Source: Nitrospirota bacterium
Lineage (GTDB): Bacteria; Nitrospirota; Thermodesulfovibrionia; Thermodesulfovibrionales; JdFR-86
Reading direction: 5' to 3'
DNA: 64,000 nt
Assembly: GCA_963721805.1 (NCBI GenBank)
Contig: CAVRJY010000002.1
Span: forward strand, 32,001-96,000
Within the stretch, counting starts at the first letter, position 1; each line of letters starts with the position of its first letter. This document shows positions 62,552-64,000 of this stretch, piece by piece. The notes beneath the pieces were generated by a model. That model ran no database searches. It saw nothing but the letters and a program-made list of their open reading frames with translations, and was not told the DNA's origin. Made by a program: the position numbers and the translations under genes.

Positions 62552-63915
62552 TAAAAGTTATCCTGAACTCCGTCCCGCGCTCCCTGCTTATCCGCACCGC
62601 GCCGCCGATCTGTCCGACGAGCGACCGTATGATCACGAGCCCGAGGGATTTCGAGCTCTCCAGATCCACCTCGGGCGGAAGCCCGATGCCGGTATCCCTG
62701 ACGGCCAGCTCGTATGCGCAATCGCCCGCGGACCTGAGCGAGACGCTCAGCTCACCGCCCGCCTCGCCGGGGAAAGCGTGCTTCAGCGCGTTTGAGACGA
62801 GCTCGTTTACGATCAGCCCCAGCGGTATGACGGTATCGACGTCGAGCATGACGTCTTCTATGTCGCAGCTAAGCGTCACGGCCCTCGTGTCGTCGTCATA
62901 GGCGTCGAAGACCAGGGCCGCGAGGTCGCGGAAATATTTTGATGCGTCTACCTTCGAGGTGCCGCCGGCGTCCTGCAGGATCTGGTGTATCATCGATATG
63001 CTCTTGACCCGGTTTCTGGCGTCGATGAGGTAGCCCTTCGAGAGCTTGTCGTCGACGTTTGCGAGCTGCGACGAAAGCAGACTCTGCACTATCGCGAGGT
63101 TGTTCTTGACCCTGTGGTGTATTTCCCTGATGAGCATCTCTTTCTCGTCGAGCGACCTGCGGAGCTCGGCCTCCATCCGGTGGACGGCCTCGTACGCGGC
63201 CTCCATGTTGCTGAAGATCGACCGCCAGTAGGTCTGCTGCCTCCTGCCCTCGGCCATGAGCCCGAGGCACTTGCACAGCAGGTCGCGCGCCTCGCCGCCC
63301 TGCAACGTCAGGTCCGGCGGGCAGGCGTCCGCTGCCAGGAGCGCGTTTACGCGTGCTCCGCCATGGCCGTGGAACCTGATCCTGAAGAAGTCCCTGTTGT
63401 CGCCGTTGTCGACCTCGATCAGGTCGAGGTCCATCGCGGCCGACATCCCGCCGAGGATGATCCCCCGTTCGAGGTCGCGGTTAAACGGGGTTGTGCTGCG
63501 CACGAGCGCGGTGCCGGCCCTGTTCGTCGATCGAGACGAGGCTGAAGTTGCCGAGCATCGCCTCGGGGCCGCGCACGACGCTGCGGTATCCGTCCGAGCC
63601 GCCCTGGAAGCGGAGGAAGTCCACGCCGCTTTTTATGAGCTCGCGGCCTGGGCCGAAGTTATACCAGTTGTCCATCATGCTCTGGCCGATCCGCTCGAGG
63701 ATCGGCTCGGGGTCGCGGTATTTCTCGACCACGATCCCCTGGAGCTCGAAGAGCACCTTAAGCGGATACCAGCCCGTGACGCTGATGTCCTGTATGATAT
63801 CGTCGACCGCGCCGCCGGCGATAATCTGGAGGTTCACGCTGGAAGTGACGAACCCGTATAGCAGCGCGCCCAGCACCTCGAGCCCGGCATAGTCCTTTTG
63901 AGGGCTATTGTCCAT
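62544..63915 (-). CDS. HisKA_2 histidine kinase with N-terminal sensor domain; +1 frameshift near 63519
   Basis: HHRVKNNL and NELVSNALKHAF; ORF 63481-63915 joins it if one G is removed. Confidence 0.8.
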
Positions 63916-64000
63916 AGACCTCCGCCGAGAAGAAGTTCTCGGCCTTTTCGCGCCCTATGGTGGTGGCCGGGCCGTGGCCCGGCAGCACGGCCGTATCGTC

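Noticed and set aside
20650..63525. Frameshifts in amt (~20658), radical SAM (~56255), purB (~61261) and kinase (~63519) as programmed recoding or pseudogenisation
   Set aside because: Each is repaired by removing one base from a short homopolymer, purB is normally needed, and no slippery heptamers are evident. Long-read indel errors are the simpler explanation; raw reads would settle it.

Overview
64-kb window from a GC-rich bacterium; protein similarity suggests an anaerobic Nitrospirota/Desulfobacterota-like organism (inference). Positions 1-4873 are the right end of an element integrated at tRNA-Thr(CGT). It carries kdpE, a Na+/H+ antiporter, a VirD4-like ATPase and a primase-like gene, and ends in an attR with arm repeats and an IHF site. 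The remainder is mostly core/metabolic: tex, two converging sigma54-driven PII/Amt nitrogen loci with an AAA+-less NifA-like protein, fhs plus a NuoEF-like pair, gmd, nodIJ-like ABC, cpxRA-like, B12-riboswitch-controlled bzaF, tatBC, rpmH-yidD-yidC (no rnpA), tal, selA, accA and purB. The main unexplained structure is a family of ~130-180 bp covarying palindromic elements resembling Rickettsia RPE / Caulobacter CIR repeats. Six copies form three inverted pairs, each bracketing AT-rich foreign cargo with one 'long' and one 'short' end (16172-17951, 33290-34762, 52715-56903). A seventh relative sits inside the cobalamin riboswitch. Other highlights are a hidden SH3-glutaredoxin selenoprotein (UxxC), a 4x tandem Shine-Dalgarno repeat and a perfect 30-bp palindrome. 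Several +1 frameshifts, including one in purB, look like assembly errors. All calls are by eye, without database searches.
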